Source: Antedon mediterranea (taxonomy: Eukaryota > Animalia > Echinodermata). From it: a stretch of DNA of 64,000 bases. Each line of letters begins with the position of its first letter. Position 1 is the first letter of the stretch. The notes under the pieces were generated by a model. That model was not told the DNA's origin, searched no databases, and worked only from the letters and a program-made list of their open reading frames with translations. Below are positions 1-14,191 of this stretch, piece by piece. The translations under genes were made by a program, and so were the position numbers. The stretch spans positions 496,001-560,000 of the forward strand of contig NC_092674.1 in assembly GCF_964355755.1 (NCBI RefSeq), given 5' to 3'.

Positions 1-384
1 AATAAAACCTTCAGTGACGTAAATGATGACTGAGTGTGTTCAAAGAGGTAATATGTACACTCCTAGAAAATCATTTCAACTGGACTTAACTCGAGCAAAC
101 AAATTGAACGCACACGGTGACTTAATGGACAACGTAAGACTCATGTCTTGATTTAACAACGTACTCAAGCTCCCTAATCGTCATTATAAGAGTATCACGT
201 GGTTCGCTTTATATCATTCACATAATTTTAATACATCAGCAGTGATAACTAATATCATAATGATGTAATAATGACGAAGAGGATTGAAAATGATGAAGAA
301 ACGACAGAAATGTAACGATGACAACATCGACAATGTGACGCGCAACGGTATGCGACAGTAATGAGATTATGATAAAGATGATAT

Positions 385-810
385 TGTTAACATCATTATC
401 ATCATTATATCGAGAAAAATCTGATATGATATTGTTGATATCATTATCCTCATTATATTAAGATAAGATCATACCATATTGTTAATACCATTATCATCAT
501 AATATCGAGATAAAGATGATACCATATTGTTAATATCATTATCATCATAATATCGAGATAAAGATAATACCATATTGTTAATACCATTATCATCATAATA
601 TCAAGATAAAGATGATACCATATTGTTAATATCATTATCATCATAATATCAAGATAAAGATGATACCATATTGTTAATATCATTATCATCATAATATCAA
701 GATAAAGATGATACCATATTGTTAATATCATTATCATCATAATATCGAGATAAAGATGATACCATATTATTGTTAATATCATTATCATCATAATATAAAG
801 ATAGAGATGA
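385..810. repeat. 48-bp minisatellite, about 8 copies
   Basis: Unit GATACCATATTGTTAATATCATTATCATCATAATATC(G/A)AGATAAAGAT. It explains the spurious repetitive ORF 453..791. Confidence 0.92.
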
Positions 811-1588
811 TTTAATTAATACAACTATTATGTTATTACATTTAACTGGAAAAAGAAAATAAAAATAAAATTGAATTCGGTTACTTTAGCCTATATTCAG
901 GATGTGGGTCAGAGTTCAATATTAAATGTTTAAAATACATTTTTCTACATTTACTTAGCATTGGAAATCAATCCTATTTAGTCGATGTTACAGATTACTA
1001 TTTCTCATTATAGTATTATTATTACATTAGTCAAAGTAATGTTCAAACTATTGCTGTTTATTAATGGAAGAATCAATTTATGAGAGACAAATAGAGATTA
1101 TCAACTGCACGTATTTATCGATTAGGTCTACTTGTTTATCTATACGACGTAATATATAGGTGGTAAAAGCTTGGGTACACGCGATTCCAAGTGTCACAAC
1201 AACCATTCGGAATTATTGATTTTTAATATATCTTTATTTAAAATGTTAATTAATTAGGGCTAATAAAATATTTATGAGCATGCGTACAATGATATTTAAA
1301 TCGATAGGCGCATAGTCGCGTGGCGCATCGTAGAAATAAAACGAGCCACATGTACGCATGGCAACAACCATCTCTCCAATCCAATGTATCAATGTCGATC
1401 AAGTAATCTTCAATACCGTACTCATTTATACATGAACATTAAAATGTCTTTCTTCCTATTTCAGAACATACAGCGATTAGATCGTCAAAAAAAACCCGAC
1501 AAAATCTCACATGACGTAATCAGAGGTAATGAAGGACGCGCGCGTACAAAGCAGAAATGAACTGTTCTATGAATTAACATGAAAGACA

Positions 1589-4500
1589 ATGAAAGAAACC
1601 CCCCTAGTGATCCTGGCTATAATTACGATATATAGTAGTTTATTCAACTATTTCGCACTGTCTCTTCCCGATATACCCAACCCCCAAGTCAACATGTATG
1701 GGTGCGGAAGAGGAGGACAAAAATCGTTGATCTGCGATCCAAGCTTAGTTATATCTGTGCAAGATGGTAAGCATTCGTTATTAATTATTAGTATTTCATA
1801 AATGTAGGCCTATCGATATAATCGTTTGTCAATGCTATTTATCGTACAACATCACCATCATAATGAAATTCATCAATGCAAAGTGTTTATTCAAAATGAG
1901 TACACATTTTGTTAAGATATCAAAATAGACAAGATCATGGATGTAACGGTACTGTGGGCACATAGTGAAATTAATATCATATTATCATCAATATCGGTCA
2001 AACGTCAGGCCACTTGGCATTTGATAGGGGTTAATGAATTTTTAGCAAACCTTTGAAATTGATTTGACTAAAAATTCAAGAAACCAAATCCGAATTACCA
2101 ATCTAAAACTGTTACATTATTGTTCATCTTTTAACATCGTGTGAGTGAATTTGTAAGAATTTCAATGCATATCCATCTCAATTGTATACCTACATCTCTT
2201 TTCTTAATTACACACTTGACCTATGACCTATAATTCGTCTTCGTTGCATCCAATTTATAATTCTGTTCATGCTGCAACACGTCATTATTATTGTTATGTT
2301 TGTATTCTTTGCATTGTTAATAATATACAACGTTCAACTCCAAAATAATAAGACGCTGATGCTATGTACAATTGCGCACACTCCTAACACGCGCGCGTGC
2401 AAATTGACCTGATACAATGTACCATTTTTTGCACGTACGTGCACCTTAACAATATACACGGGTTGTAACTAATGACACAATACCACACCCACTAATGTTT
2501 TATTATGCATGAAAAATGATTATTAAAACAACAAAGACTGAATATTGTCGGAAATAGTGTTTGCTTTGATTAGAAACTAATTTGAATCTAACTATATCTC
2601 CTGGGCAACGAAGCAAACACGCTTTCTACTTAATCATAACAAAATGATGAGAAATTAAACTTAATTTATAAATTTATCGAAATTATTCCCCTCTAGTGAT
2701 TAGTATCCTCAATACAGGCGCTAAATAAACAGCACGTGATTTCGTTTGATATACAACAGTTCAAGTGCCATTGAAGTTTACTTGTTAAGAGGCTGACTTT
2801 TAATCCCATGTCAACAACATCATATCAGTATATCAAGATTTAATATCGCTACTTTACAAGAACATTTACAAGATTGACAAATTTGATGTTGATAACGTAT
2901 ACATGTGAATCTACATTGGTGTTTTAGTAAAACCGAATGAATACAACAACCGGAATTACAATCTGAAAATGGAATTGAAAGCTAGGCAAATTTAGTTATT
3001 AATAAAAAGTATATATATATACAGTACCGTATTCCATTCAATATTATTCGGTCAAACAAAAATAAAAGGTTTGACATAGTGTATACATTTCATTCTTCAA
3101 GAAAAATCAAAATAGCACAGTTAGGCCTTCAATATTTCGTTTATAAAAATTGATATGACTCGTATAATTCTATGAAACACGTGAAGATCAAGTCTACAAT
3201 ATTTCTTACAAATTCATGAATTATCTCACATTGCCGAATTTAACGAGAATTTGGTCTTAGAATTCAGCCAACAAGTGTTAACATTCAAGTTTCATTAGAT
3301 TGTAAAAACATAAAACACATTAGCAAATGGAATAAAAATAATCGATATACCGTGTATCAATAACGTGTACTATAAAATATTATGTACCGGCATGATTGAT
3401 GTACGAACCAAATGAGAATGCCAACCGACAGTAATGACGGAATGATGGAAGTAGTCTTCAAGAAAATGACAATTTCACGTCATCCCAGGAGAATTACGCT
3501 GATGCAGGCAATTAGCCTCGAATATTTCAGTTTAGTTAAAATACAATTCACGATACATTGTTCCATTTTACTTATTGTAGTTGGTTCGGCTTTATTGGGA
3601 CTCTAAAACACGTTTAGACGTCGCCACAGCGACACTACGAAATGCTACGCACGCGTACGCAAACATGGTGCGTGTAGTTATTGATGTAAGACAAAATTGG
3701 CAGTCTGTTCACAGATTATTGGCGGATCATTTAAATGACATGTTTTGTTCTTTTCAAAAGTAATTTTTGCTTGCTTGTTCATAAATCGTGCAGGTAAACA
3801 TACTAAGCAATATGACATTTTCAGTAGCAGATCTGTAGCGATGGGCGAGTTTGATAACATGTTGTCTTAGATCGAGAGGGATTTGTTTAGGCTATAATAT
3901 TGATAATTGGTAAAAGTAAAGGAAGTTGGAGTGGCACTGGCGATAGAAGCTATTGCCCTCATTTGCCACTTCTTGGCGCAATCTATCGAATTGTTTGTAT
4001 TTATTTCTGTATAACTGTGTTTGCCAAAATTAATAAAATAAAATAAAAAAACGCATGCGTTCAAACGCTGATTATTCTAATATGTGTACATGCGCGTAAA
4101 CTTCGTGTCTCTTCCTAGAAAACTGAACACACGCACTTTTTGTTTTCTTTTTTTAATTTTTGTTTTGTTTTGGATCGTGTGAGAAGAATTCACAATGTAA
4201 TGTATTAATTAGTATGGCGATGATGTGAAGTGGTTGCAAATTGCCATTAAATTGTATGATGTTTATTCTACTTTTCAACAACTCCAATAGCTTATTGAGT
4301 TGTTGAAAACATTAAATGCAACAAAGTTATCCCGGACGAAGACATTTTATCCATATAGTAATTTTCTTTGAATTATGATAAATAATATTAATAATATAAC
4401 GAGTTCCTGGTAGTTATTTTATTCATCACTGTCACTCCTCAAGCATTTTCCAATAATGGTTTAATTTCATTTCTCAATTCTTTTTAAGTCTTTCTCGTCT

Positions 4501-6863
4501 TCGTCTAACAAATTTCATTAGGCCTAATGGATTATAATTATTATTCGTTTTTGATGTTGTTGATTTTAGTAACCGCCTGTTGAAAACAGACACAAATGTC
4601 AAACGCCAACATTAATTTATTATCTACACAAGGTGTTAGATAACTTGTTGACCTTTGAAGTCTAATATGTTGTATTTTGTCTTTATATTAATTAATCAAT
4701 CTTTACATTTTTCATCAGCGAATCAAATTGATGAAAGGTTGCAGGAGCTACAGAAGAATACTGATTGTGAGTGTGTTCCTCGAAATGACACATGCCGTGG
4801 ATATACTATCAGTGTCTACCTGACCCCGGAAATAGCATCAAATATATATGGGTAAAAAGTTATTCCAAGTAATATCATAAATAAATAAATACATCTTTAG
4901 AGTAGAAAAAAGAAAACTTAAATATCATATAAAATTTGAAGATAGTGTTGAAATTCAATTGTCTATAACAAGTTAAGCAACCAAAAATTAAGAAAGGAAA
5001 ATAAAATTTATATATAAATGAAAGTACAACAGGGAGACCAGTCTTTGCCTGAAGAGGTCGCCCAGTATAAATACAATTATTTCAATCTAATTCAACTGTT
5101 GGATTGAAATTTCCACAAAGATAGCAAAGATTTATATTTTGATTTGTTAGTGTTTATTTTCTGACAGAACCACACCTACGGCAGACGACTATGCAAACCA
5201 TTTACGCAAATATTGGAATTTTGGTAAATGTGGAGAAGATATTGTTATTGTATTTGTAAAAGATACACTTCAGGTATGTGTGATTTTGGTAATTGTGGAG
5301 AAGATATTGTTATTGTTGTAAAAGATACACTTCAGGTATGTGTGACAAATGTCAAATCTTGTCATTGCCGCGAGGAGGTAAAGTCACAGTTATGGTATAT
5401 ACCTACTATATTATTATTACTATTCCTCATTAATATTGTTTTCATTAAGGTCAACTCAGACAGCGTCGTACGACGAAAAGTCTTGCCTGGACCTTAGTTG
5501 GCCTTTATAGACATAATATCAGTTAATATTAAAGATTTAGTTCCCTGAAAATGAAAAATTATCAAATCAAATGAACACTTAAATTCAACTCATTTAAATT
5601 GCATTAAAACGTTCAGTCTGATAGAGAAATAAGACTATTGGTGTTGATGGCCATTTTGGAAGTTAAATAAATTATACTATTTTCCATGTTTTGTTTAAAA
5701 TTCAAATTCAGAACGATTTTTTGTTTGTTTCTTGAGACAGAATTTTCCCAGGGTCTCGTGATGTCTTGATGAATTAAACATGCGAATTTAACATTACTGT
5801 GCCCACGCATGTTATAATGTTGTTATCATTTTTATGAGCAATAGAGAATTCTGCTTCACATTCGTAGGCCTATGTGACATGATGCTCGAATTTTTTTTTT
5901 CCAATTTAAATTAAAATGGAATTTGTATCTTTGTCGTAGGCCTATCCTTGGTTATTTTACGAGGAACAACCGTGGACAGTTGTCTACGGTATGACTAATG
6001 TTTTGATGTTAAAATTATACCCACGATGCTGGATACCTATTTAGGGGTCGTGCGCACTTAACGTAGAAGACGCATTAAACGCACTATTTAACAATACAAT
6101 TGAATGTGACAGAGTGATCATCAAACTGAGTGACGTGTGATGTATTTTAAGTGGGTCTACTGAGCCGTTCCAATTGTTGTCCTTGGCATTTTGTTTTAAT
6201 TAATGAAATGAAAAATATTACGAAAAGAGCGTCTCGCCATCTCTTCGCTCAAATGATACCCGAAACGGTAATATAATTGTGTCAATAGGGCCTACATTAA
6301 TACATCGGTGAACTTTAAAAAAATGAATAATTACGAAGTGTATTACTTTGCTTGAATCGCATTACAACTCACCTGTTTCTGTTGGAATATCATATTTATA
6401 TATATCGTTATTTTACTTTATAGAAAAAAAAATGTTTCTATATCGTTAGGGTCTTATTCATACAATCCGATCGGTGTTTCGATTTGTAAACTTACACTAT
6501 GATGAAGTAATAATAATAATAATATAATGTGTTAATTATTATTCTTTTCTTGTTTCTATAAAATGTTATATATAATGTTATTATTTTCAGCGGGCTACGT
6601 CAGTTGGAAAAATCGCAGCTAGGAAAATAACCGAGGAAGTTATATCAGATGTTCACCGAAAAACAAACGATCGATTCAACAATGAAAACAGCTATACTGA
6701 CGGTTTATTAGACATGGTGGATAACTACGAATTGGCCATAAAAGGAAACTATAACGCAGCTATAATTATTCCTGTATGGACTATTGTACAAATGCTTGGA
6801 GGTGCTTTGTTTGTGCTCTGCTGTTTCTGCAGCATGTATATTTGCAAAAGAATATATTCCTGA
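1589..6863 (+). CDS. MOLO-1/TPM-domain-like single-pass type I membrane protein, 229 aa, 4 coding exons
   Basis: Exons 1589-1766, 4719-4851, 5168-5273, 6591-6863 join in frame across GT-AG introns (phases 1, 2, 0). Signal peptide, then PNPQ..CGR..SLICDPSLVIS, ANQIDERL, YTISVY, YANHLRKYWNFGKCGEDIVI, NSYTDGLLDMV, and a C-terminal hydrophobic segment with a Cys-rich short tail. Motif pattern recalled from the MOLO1/TPM family, not searched. Confidence 0.75.
5274..5346 (+). repeat. Tandem duplication of the 3' part of exon 3 including its splice donor
   Basis: TTTTGGTAA(A/T)TGTGGAGAAGATATTGTTATTG..GTAAAAGATACACTTCAG|GTATGTGTGA occurs twice, with donors after 5273 and after 5335. Confidence 0.9.
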
Positions 6864-8384
6864 TGACAACATTAAATACAATTGGTAAGGATGGAAGGTT
6901 AAACCTTAAAGGGAACTATATGAAAACACAAATATACATTGTAATGCTTGACGAGAGGTCGGTGGAATATGACGGACATAATGATACATACTATGTGCAA
7001 ACGAATCACAAACAATGGTTGTATGTACAATGAATGTACTAATTGTTCTTTACCTCAACAAGAAGACGCGCAATAGTTCTTGACCCATCGTCATCAGCAC
7101 GCACCACGCTTCGGTGTTAACTGCGTCGCGCGATGTTTGACCTATTATCAATACGACCTAGTTTTTGATATACCTTTATACAGACTGATAGGTAATGGCA
7201 TTCATTTTTTATTTATTTATTTTTTTACGTATGCAAAAAGACGAGAGCCAGTATCGCCTCCACTGATCAGGATGCGAAACAATCAAACGTTGTAGATGGA
7301 AGAAACTCTACGTTGCATATGTTTTATATAAAATGTTGATCTAATCAGATTTGGATAAAATGTGAATTTATAGATTTGTTCGAGTGAATTAGAGGTGGAT
7401 AAATGTTGTGGCAGACCTATCAATCATTTTTAATTGTCGCTAATTACCTCTGTAAGGAATAACAACATTGTACGAAATATGAATACAAGTAAGGCTTATT
7501 TGCTTACTGTTCAACACACACCATCTCAACCTTTCGAATTTAAGACCTACATTTTAAAAATAATTATGAAATCTTTCTGTCTTTACCTAACGCTTAAGTT
7601 TACGTAGCCTAAAGCTGTACAGTACAGTAAAGCAGCAGCAATGGAAAACTAACAATTAAGGTCTGTAACACAAGTAAGCCTATGGCAAAAAATAGTGCGC
7701 ATGTGCACAATGTACGTAGCAACCGTACTGTATGATTTATACAGAATGAGACATTTCTATTTCATTGACCTAAATACTGTCAGACATTCATTTTTAAAAT
7801 GTCGAACTCAATTGCATAGACATTCAGCAGGTTCATCCTTTCTGTAACACTATTACAGAAAGACGGTTGACTTTATTGTCATTACAGATCAGATATCTCC
7901 AAGAATCGCCTCATTGCACAAATATGATGCGATTTTTAATGAATGAAATTTGAATGAAAAACGTAAACTAATAGAATTAAAGTGTTCGGATGTATTACTG
8001 TACAGCAATACACTTATTTCTAATTTTCAACTTTTTATAATATGGACGTGCATTGCATATTTTCAGTTATTTCTTAACACAACAAAATGATTGGAAATTC
8101 ACTTTAATATAGGCCTATCACATTTCGAAAGAATGATCTACAAATGTGTTACCGTAGGCCTATTGAAATGAACTTACTTAATCATGTTTAAAAAGCTAAT
8201 CTGAACTGACGAAATACGAGATTAAATGTTATTCCCCAAATACTGAAGAGATTAAGTTGTTTATTGTTTGCCTGAAAACCTGGAATATTATTGTTATCAA
8301 GATTGGAATAGGCCTACGTAGACCTACATTAATTAGTTCCTTGATTTATTAATCTCATCACAAGTCAAGAATCACAATATTGAC

Positions 8385-8450
8385 CAGATTTAGGATTGAA
8401 CCCAGGACATGGATTTGTAAGGAACGCATATCATCAACCGCCAGGCAATA
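8385..8450 (-). mobile_element. Degenerate tRNA-derived SINE head
   Basis: GATTGAACCCAGGACATGGATTTGTA matches the copies near 18510, 19660 and 31140 (reverse-complement B box GGTTCAA). Confidence 0.45.
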
Positions 8451-9110
8451 TCACAGAATAGTCAAATTAAATTAAATGTAATATGATTTGTATCAACAAG
8501 AATAGGCCTATTTGACTAATCTTATAGGCCTAACCGAACAATATATAATGTTACATTAATGATTTCACTTTAAAATACATTCCAATGACGCACTACATTC
8601 ATACGAGATTGGTGCACAATATGATTCATTATGGACCTGAATGTTATAAATATTAGTGAAAACGCTTTATAAATAATAGTTGGACTTGTTTGCACATCAG
8701 TTATATAGTTTGTTTACTTATTTGTCTTCAATTATTTCTTATCGACAAATGATTGTATCAAGACTTCCTAAATCAAAAATCGGTTTATTTCTGCCTTATT
8801 CCACCAATGAGCATCCATTGTTGTTACACCTAAACTAAAAGTATAGGATAATTTTGTAAAATGTTGGGTTAAGCACTTACTAAATTTGAATATTGGCCTA
8901 AATAAGGAACACAACAAATTTCATCACCACAATTATTTGTTTGACGGAAAATAACTTATACAATGGAAGAGTGAAATTAACACTCTTCCTTGCATATTAT
9001 ACCTATACTTTAATTTCTCTGTCACATATTACTTGGTAGTTAGATACAGAAAGTATAATAGTTTGTAAAATTGAAACAACTGATGTTCTTAGAAATTCAA
9101 ACTGATGATA

Positions 9111-10070
9111 GATCTCGCCGCATTTATCCATACAATGTTGGTAAAGGTAGATGGCGAATTATAAGAAAGATCTCGCCGCCTTTATTCATACAATGTTGGT
9201 AAAGGTATGGCGAATTATAAGAAAGATCTCGCCGCATTTATTCATACAATGTTGGTAAAGGTAGATGGCGAATTATAAGAAAGATCTCGCCGCCTTTATT
9301 CATACAATGTTGGTAAAGGTATGGCGAATTATAAGAAAGATCTCGCCGCATTTATTCATACAATGTTGGTAAAGGTAGATGGCGAATTATAAGAAAGATC
9401 TCGCCGCCTTTATTCATACAATGTTGGTAAAGGTAGATGGCGAATTATAAGAAAGATCTCGCCGCCTTTATTCATACAGTGTTGGTAAAGGTAGATGGCG
9501 AATTATAAGAAAGATCTCGCCGCCTTTATTCATACAATGTTGGTAAAGGTAGATGGCGAATTATAAGAAAGATCTCGCCACCTTTATTCATACAATGTTG
9601 GTAAAGGTAGATGGCGAATTATAAGAAAGATCTCGCCGCCTTTATTCATACAATGTTGGTAAAGGTAGATGGCGAATTATAAGAAAGATCTCGCCGCATT
9701 TATTCATACAATGTTGGTAAAGGTAGATGGCGAATTATAAGAAAGATCTCGCCGCCTTTATTCATACAATGTTGGTAAAGGTAGATGGCGAATTATAAGA
9801 AAGATCTCGCCGCATTTATTCATACAATGTTGGTAAAGGTAGATGGCGAATTATAAGAAAGATCTCGCCGCCTTTATTCATATAATGTTGGTAAAGGTAG
9901 ATGGCGAATTATAAGAAAGATCTCGCCGCCTTTATTCATACAATGTTGGTAAAGGTAGATGGCGAATTATAAGAAAGATCTCGCCGCCTTTATTCATACA
10001 ATGTTGGTAAAGATAAATGGCGAATTATAAAAAAGACCTCGCCGCATTTATTCATACAATGTTGGTAAAT
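9111..10070. repeat. 58-bp minisatellite, about 16.5 near-identical copies
   Basis: Unit GATCTCGCCGC(C/A)TTTATTCATACAATGTTGGTAAAGGTAGATGGCGAATTATAAGAAA, with two 56-bp variants and no spacers. Confidence 0.95.
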
Positions 10071-13000
10071 GTCGCAACATGATGATGTGGATATTGATTT
10101 CACAATTTTCAATTTCTGATTCATACACTCAAGGATGTTGTTCTTATTACCAAGTATTATGACAGCGTGACTCTTTATGTTTGCTAATTTAATAAATTGA
10201 ATTGATTGGTTGAATGCATTAAATATTTATGAAAATTACTAATACAATCATTCAAATTTTAAAAACCCTAATTGCGCTATAAAATCTGTCAAAATAAAGT
10301 AGACAATTAAATTTATCAAATTGGAAAGGTGTACCTGAAAACAATGGCATTTTGAAAAAAAAAATAGTATTGCATTTCCATTTGCATTTTGTGTTATATA
10401 AATATAAACAATTGAGTTTATTCCTGTTCATCTGGATGGCTTCTTAAATTTCAAAACTATAAATTATAACATAAACATGCCTAATGGATAAGAAAGAGCT
10501 ATATAAAAATACGCTATTATAGTATCAATTAGCGTATTGTCCACCAATTGTTTGTGTTGAATATGTCATTTTAAATAAATACAAGTTTAAATATTTACCT
10601 GAACAATTTTTGAAAGCAACACAATAGTCAAATTGGTTGCCAGCCAATGACGTTTTGGTTAAATTTAACAGTTTATTTTTCTTATATAACATTCTTCCCG
10701 TTTTTCCAACGGCAGTGAATAACTTTATTAAAACTGCAAAATGGCCTATTCAAAGTCTGATTTTATTATATTTACATTTTTCTTGTTTTTGGAGACAATG
10801 ATCTTTATGTGAACGGTATGTATGTAAAATTAAGATTCCTAATGACTTGGATAATGATATTGTCAAAACACCGAAAGTGTTCCTTAAACACATAATTAAG
10901 TTTAATAACAAAGGTCGGTTTTAAGATTTATAACATTGTTAGTACCGACACTCAAAAATGTTCTTATATAAGTAAAACCTAAATAGAGTACTGATTATGT
11001 AATGATTGCATTAAAGTATGAACTTGATTGATTTAAGTAAATACATTGTATAATATCATGAATTAAGTAAGGTACTCTTCATACTGTATGATAATATTGA
11101 TTCAGTCCACGCATATTATAGACCGGTATTATGTATAACTTTTTTAGCGTACGGTATCATTAGTTACTAAAGCTGGTCTTCATAATATTAGGATTTGTAA
11201 TCAATATATAAGACTGGAGTATTTAATCCTCTTTGTGTATGTCCTTTTGCTTGGAGTTGATTGGTCGGGATTTTAATATAAAAATTCACCGTCTTTAAAA
11301 TCTACTACTTATATCTGTTATAGTCTATAACTTTTAGCTATATTTAAAACTATAAGCTTAAAAATACTTCAAGATAGTTGGCAGAATTACAATAATCCCG
11401 ATAAAAAATATCTCGTTTTGACATAAAAAAAAAAATAAAAAATTAACATTTTGGACCAGAACTAAATTACAAGTAATATTGATTTTATTTAATTCGTCAG
11501 ATTCAGAAAAATTATATAAACTGTATTTGAAACGATATAGAAAAATTGTACATCATGATAATTTTCCTATTGAAGATCGATAAATTAAGAAATATATATG
11601 ATGAGCAGGTCTCTATCCAATCATTTAAATTTCTTTATTGAACGAATTGTAAGATGTAAATATAATCATTTTCACATTCCATCAAAAACTAACTATACTC
11701 TGGTAATTCTATCTTTCCCAAAATTACTGAAATTTTAAAAAAATGAACGACACAATTATTTTATTAGTTTACGTTTTCACGACGCACCATTGCCTACGCA
11801 GCTGTCGAGAAGTAATTCTGCGCATGGTCAAAAACATATGAGCATGTGCAGTATGACTTTTCGTACTAAAGCGCGTGTTAAATAGCATGACGTGTAAAAC
11901 GAAAGATGGCTATTTAATTTTTACTGGACGCGCATTCTAGAAGCAATCGAGTAAAAAACGTCATTGTACGCACGCTCAAAAACTTTTCAGTATGTGTAGA
12001 ATGACTGTTAGACTCAGTAGCTGCGTATAGAGTGAATGTGTACTCAGGAATGTGGTGACGAGCAGGTCGGTAAGTTTTTACCAGACTGGCCGCCACCATT
12101 GTCTTTATGCTGCTATCGCTGTACCAGCACTATATTGGGCGTTGTTACACACTAGTTTTCTTTTTGCATGAGAATTCTAAACATTTTACCTGTGACGTAT
12201 TTTGTTAGAAATGGTTGTTGGTTTTTAAGGTATTACACTGTACTGTTCTTGGGAATTGTAAAGCACAAATAAAGCCTAATTTAATAAATGCTAAATTAAA
12301 ACTTTTATTACAAATTTAATTAGTTCCATTCGTGTATTTTGTTCTCTTCTCAAATTTCTGCAACTTTTAGATATTTCGTTTTTGGAAACGTCCATCCTTG
12401 TTAATTCACACTAGACAGTCATTATTTTTTCCATTAGAGACGTTATGAAATATTCAGGAAGCAGGCAGCAATTACAGAATACTTGGTATTAATGTAAAAC
12501 GCCTAAAGACAATGAGAATAATCAGGCTACAAATAGGACATATTACATTCGTGCTTTTTGTAAGGCAAATTTTCATCACAAATTGACAATTAATCAACTT
12601 GGATACTAGAGTATAATTCATTAGGTGATTGTTAGGTCTATTATACATTCCACCTGCTGCTCTGGGGTTAATCAGTAGGCCTTTGCTATTTATGTTTTAG
12701 AAAACCAAATTCTACAAATAGATATATAATTACCACTAAGAAGGCCGGCTATTCTATCTCATGTACATTTACGCAGAGTGTTATGAAGAATTTTGTTTCA
12801 ATTCTGTCAACGTTATTTCAGACAAATTGTTCCTATAAAACATATAAATACAACAAAAAGAGAAGAAATACTAAAGCATTGTGTGACAACCGTCATTGAG
12901 AGAGGACCAAGAATTATGTGTAACATGTAGTGCCTCCCTTCACTTAATATTTTGGAATCTAACAATATTTCGGTAGACGGTAGATGCGGAGATTAATCTG

Positions 13001-13767
13001 CGCATGCGTACAAAAAACCGAGAACATGAAACTTAGCAGAATCATCATGCAAACTGTCTACTCATCAGATCTATAGTTAACATGCTATCAGGGTCAATTT
13101 TTGTATAATTGTTTTTTTAAAGAGAATATTACAAAATGTACACACAGGGGACGTTAGAATATCAATTTATTCTCTATCACAATCATTAACATAATAATTC
13201 TAGACACGATTACTATATCATTACTATATAGATATATTAAACAGTCTATGATTATTACTGTATAATAGAAAATTAATTGAGAGTATACTGTATTGAAAAG
13301 TCTTATATTCCTGTGGTACTTTTCTTGGGAATCAGCTACTCCGTTTTTTGTTTAAATTGAAAAAAAAGATTGAATGTTAATGACTGACTGAATGCTATTT
13401 CATGACCTTTATTTTTCCGAAGATTCATGATTACTTTGTAATTGTTCACCCCTCTCTCTCTCTATTCAGCATATTGCTATTTGCATCTGCATGTACGATT
13501 CGATTCATAATGATAGAAGTGACACATATAGTAATAACTTAAACTAAATCTATAAAATGTAAATAATTCGGTAACGGTTCATTGCAAACAAATTACATTA
13601 CTTTCATTAGTAATTCCCGTCTTAAATTATACTTTTCAAATTCGACAGAAATATTTAAATTGCCTGCCAGTTAATTTCATACGTTAGGATTGCTTGACAG
13701 GAACTAGATTTGAACGAGGTGGTGGCCATTTTACAATCATATACGAGCATCAAGCTTGTATCATGTC

Positions 13768-13913
13768 TAAAGCTTTGTTAACACTATCAAAGTTTATGTG
13801 ATGTGCCCATAATATGGATATAATGATGTCATATCACTACCATATTCGGGAATATCACTGCCATATTTGGGCACTCACAATTTGTTTTTTCAAACTAGTG
13901 TAGACAGAGCTTA
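13768..13913. mobile_element. Tourist/PIF-Harbinger-like MITE family A
   Basis: Termini AGCTCTGTCTACACTA...TAGTGTAGACAGAGCT in a TAA/TTA context. Related copies at 14081-14191, 16181-16330, 17512-17550, 26715-26840 and 62521-62727. Confidence 0.75.
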
Positions 13914-14080
13914 ACGAAGAATATAATGCAGAGTGTTATTTTCGTTTAATATCGCTCGGGTAATAAGAACAAGTATGAGTGAGTGAGCATCATCTTTTTA
14001 AGTAATCCATCAAACACGAACAAAAATGGTGTGCCCGCCGCATCCCAAAAAACATAGCTTTTCCATCATCTGACGGACTC

Positions 14081-14191
14081 TAAAGCTCTGTCTACACTAT
14101 CAAATTTTATGTGACCAAATGATACAGTATATGGACATGACGATGTCATATCACTACTATATTTGGGAATATAACAGACAGACAGAGCTTA
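14081..14191. mobile_element. MITE family A copy, internally deleted
   Basis: TAAAGCTCTGTCTACACTATCAAA...GACAGAGCTTAA. Confidence 0.7.

Noticed and set aside
453-791. Repetitive hydrophobic 112-aa ORF
   Set aside because: Translation of the 48-bp minisatellite, with no splice or domain support.
9111-10070. CRISPR-like appearance of the 58-bp array with a short internal inverted motif (TCGCC/GGCGA)
   Set aside because: Units are contiguous and near-identical, with no unique spacers and no cas genes, in a eukaryotic context.
10741-10815. Signal-peptide-like micro-ORF MAYSKSDFIIFTFFLFLETMIFM followed by a GTATGT donor
   Set aside because: An in-frame TGA precedes the donor and no downstream exon was found.
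11993-12069. Possible selenoprotein exon (frame C-V-E-TGA...W-TGA)
   Set aside because: No recognisable selenoprotein similarity, no linked exons and no SECIS identified.
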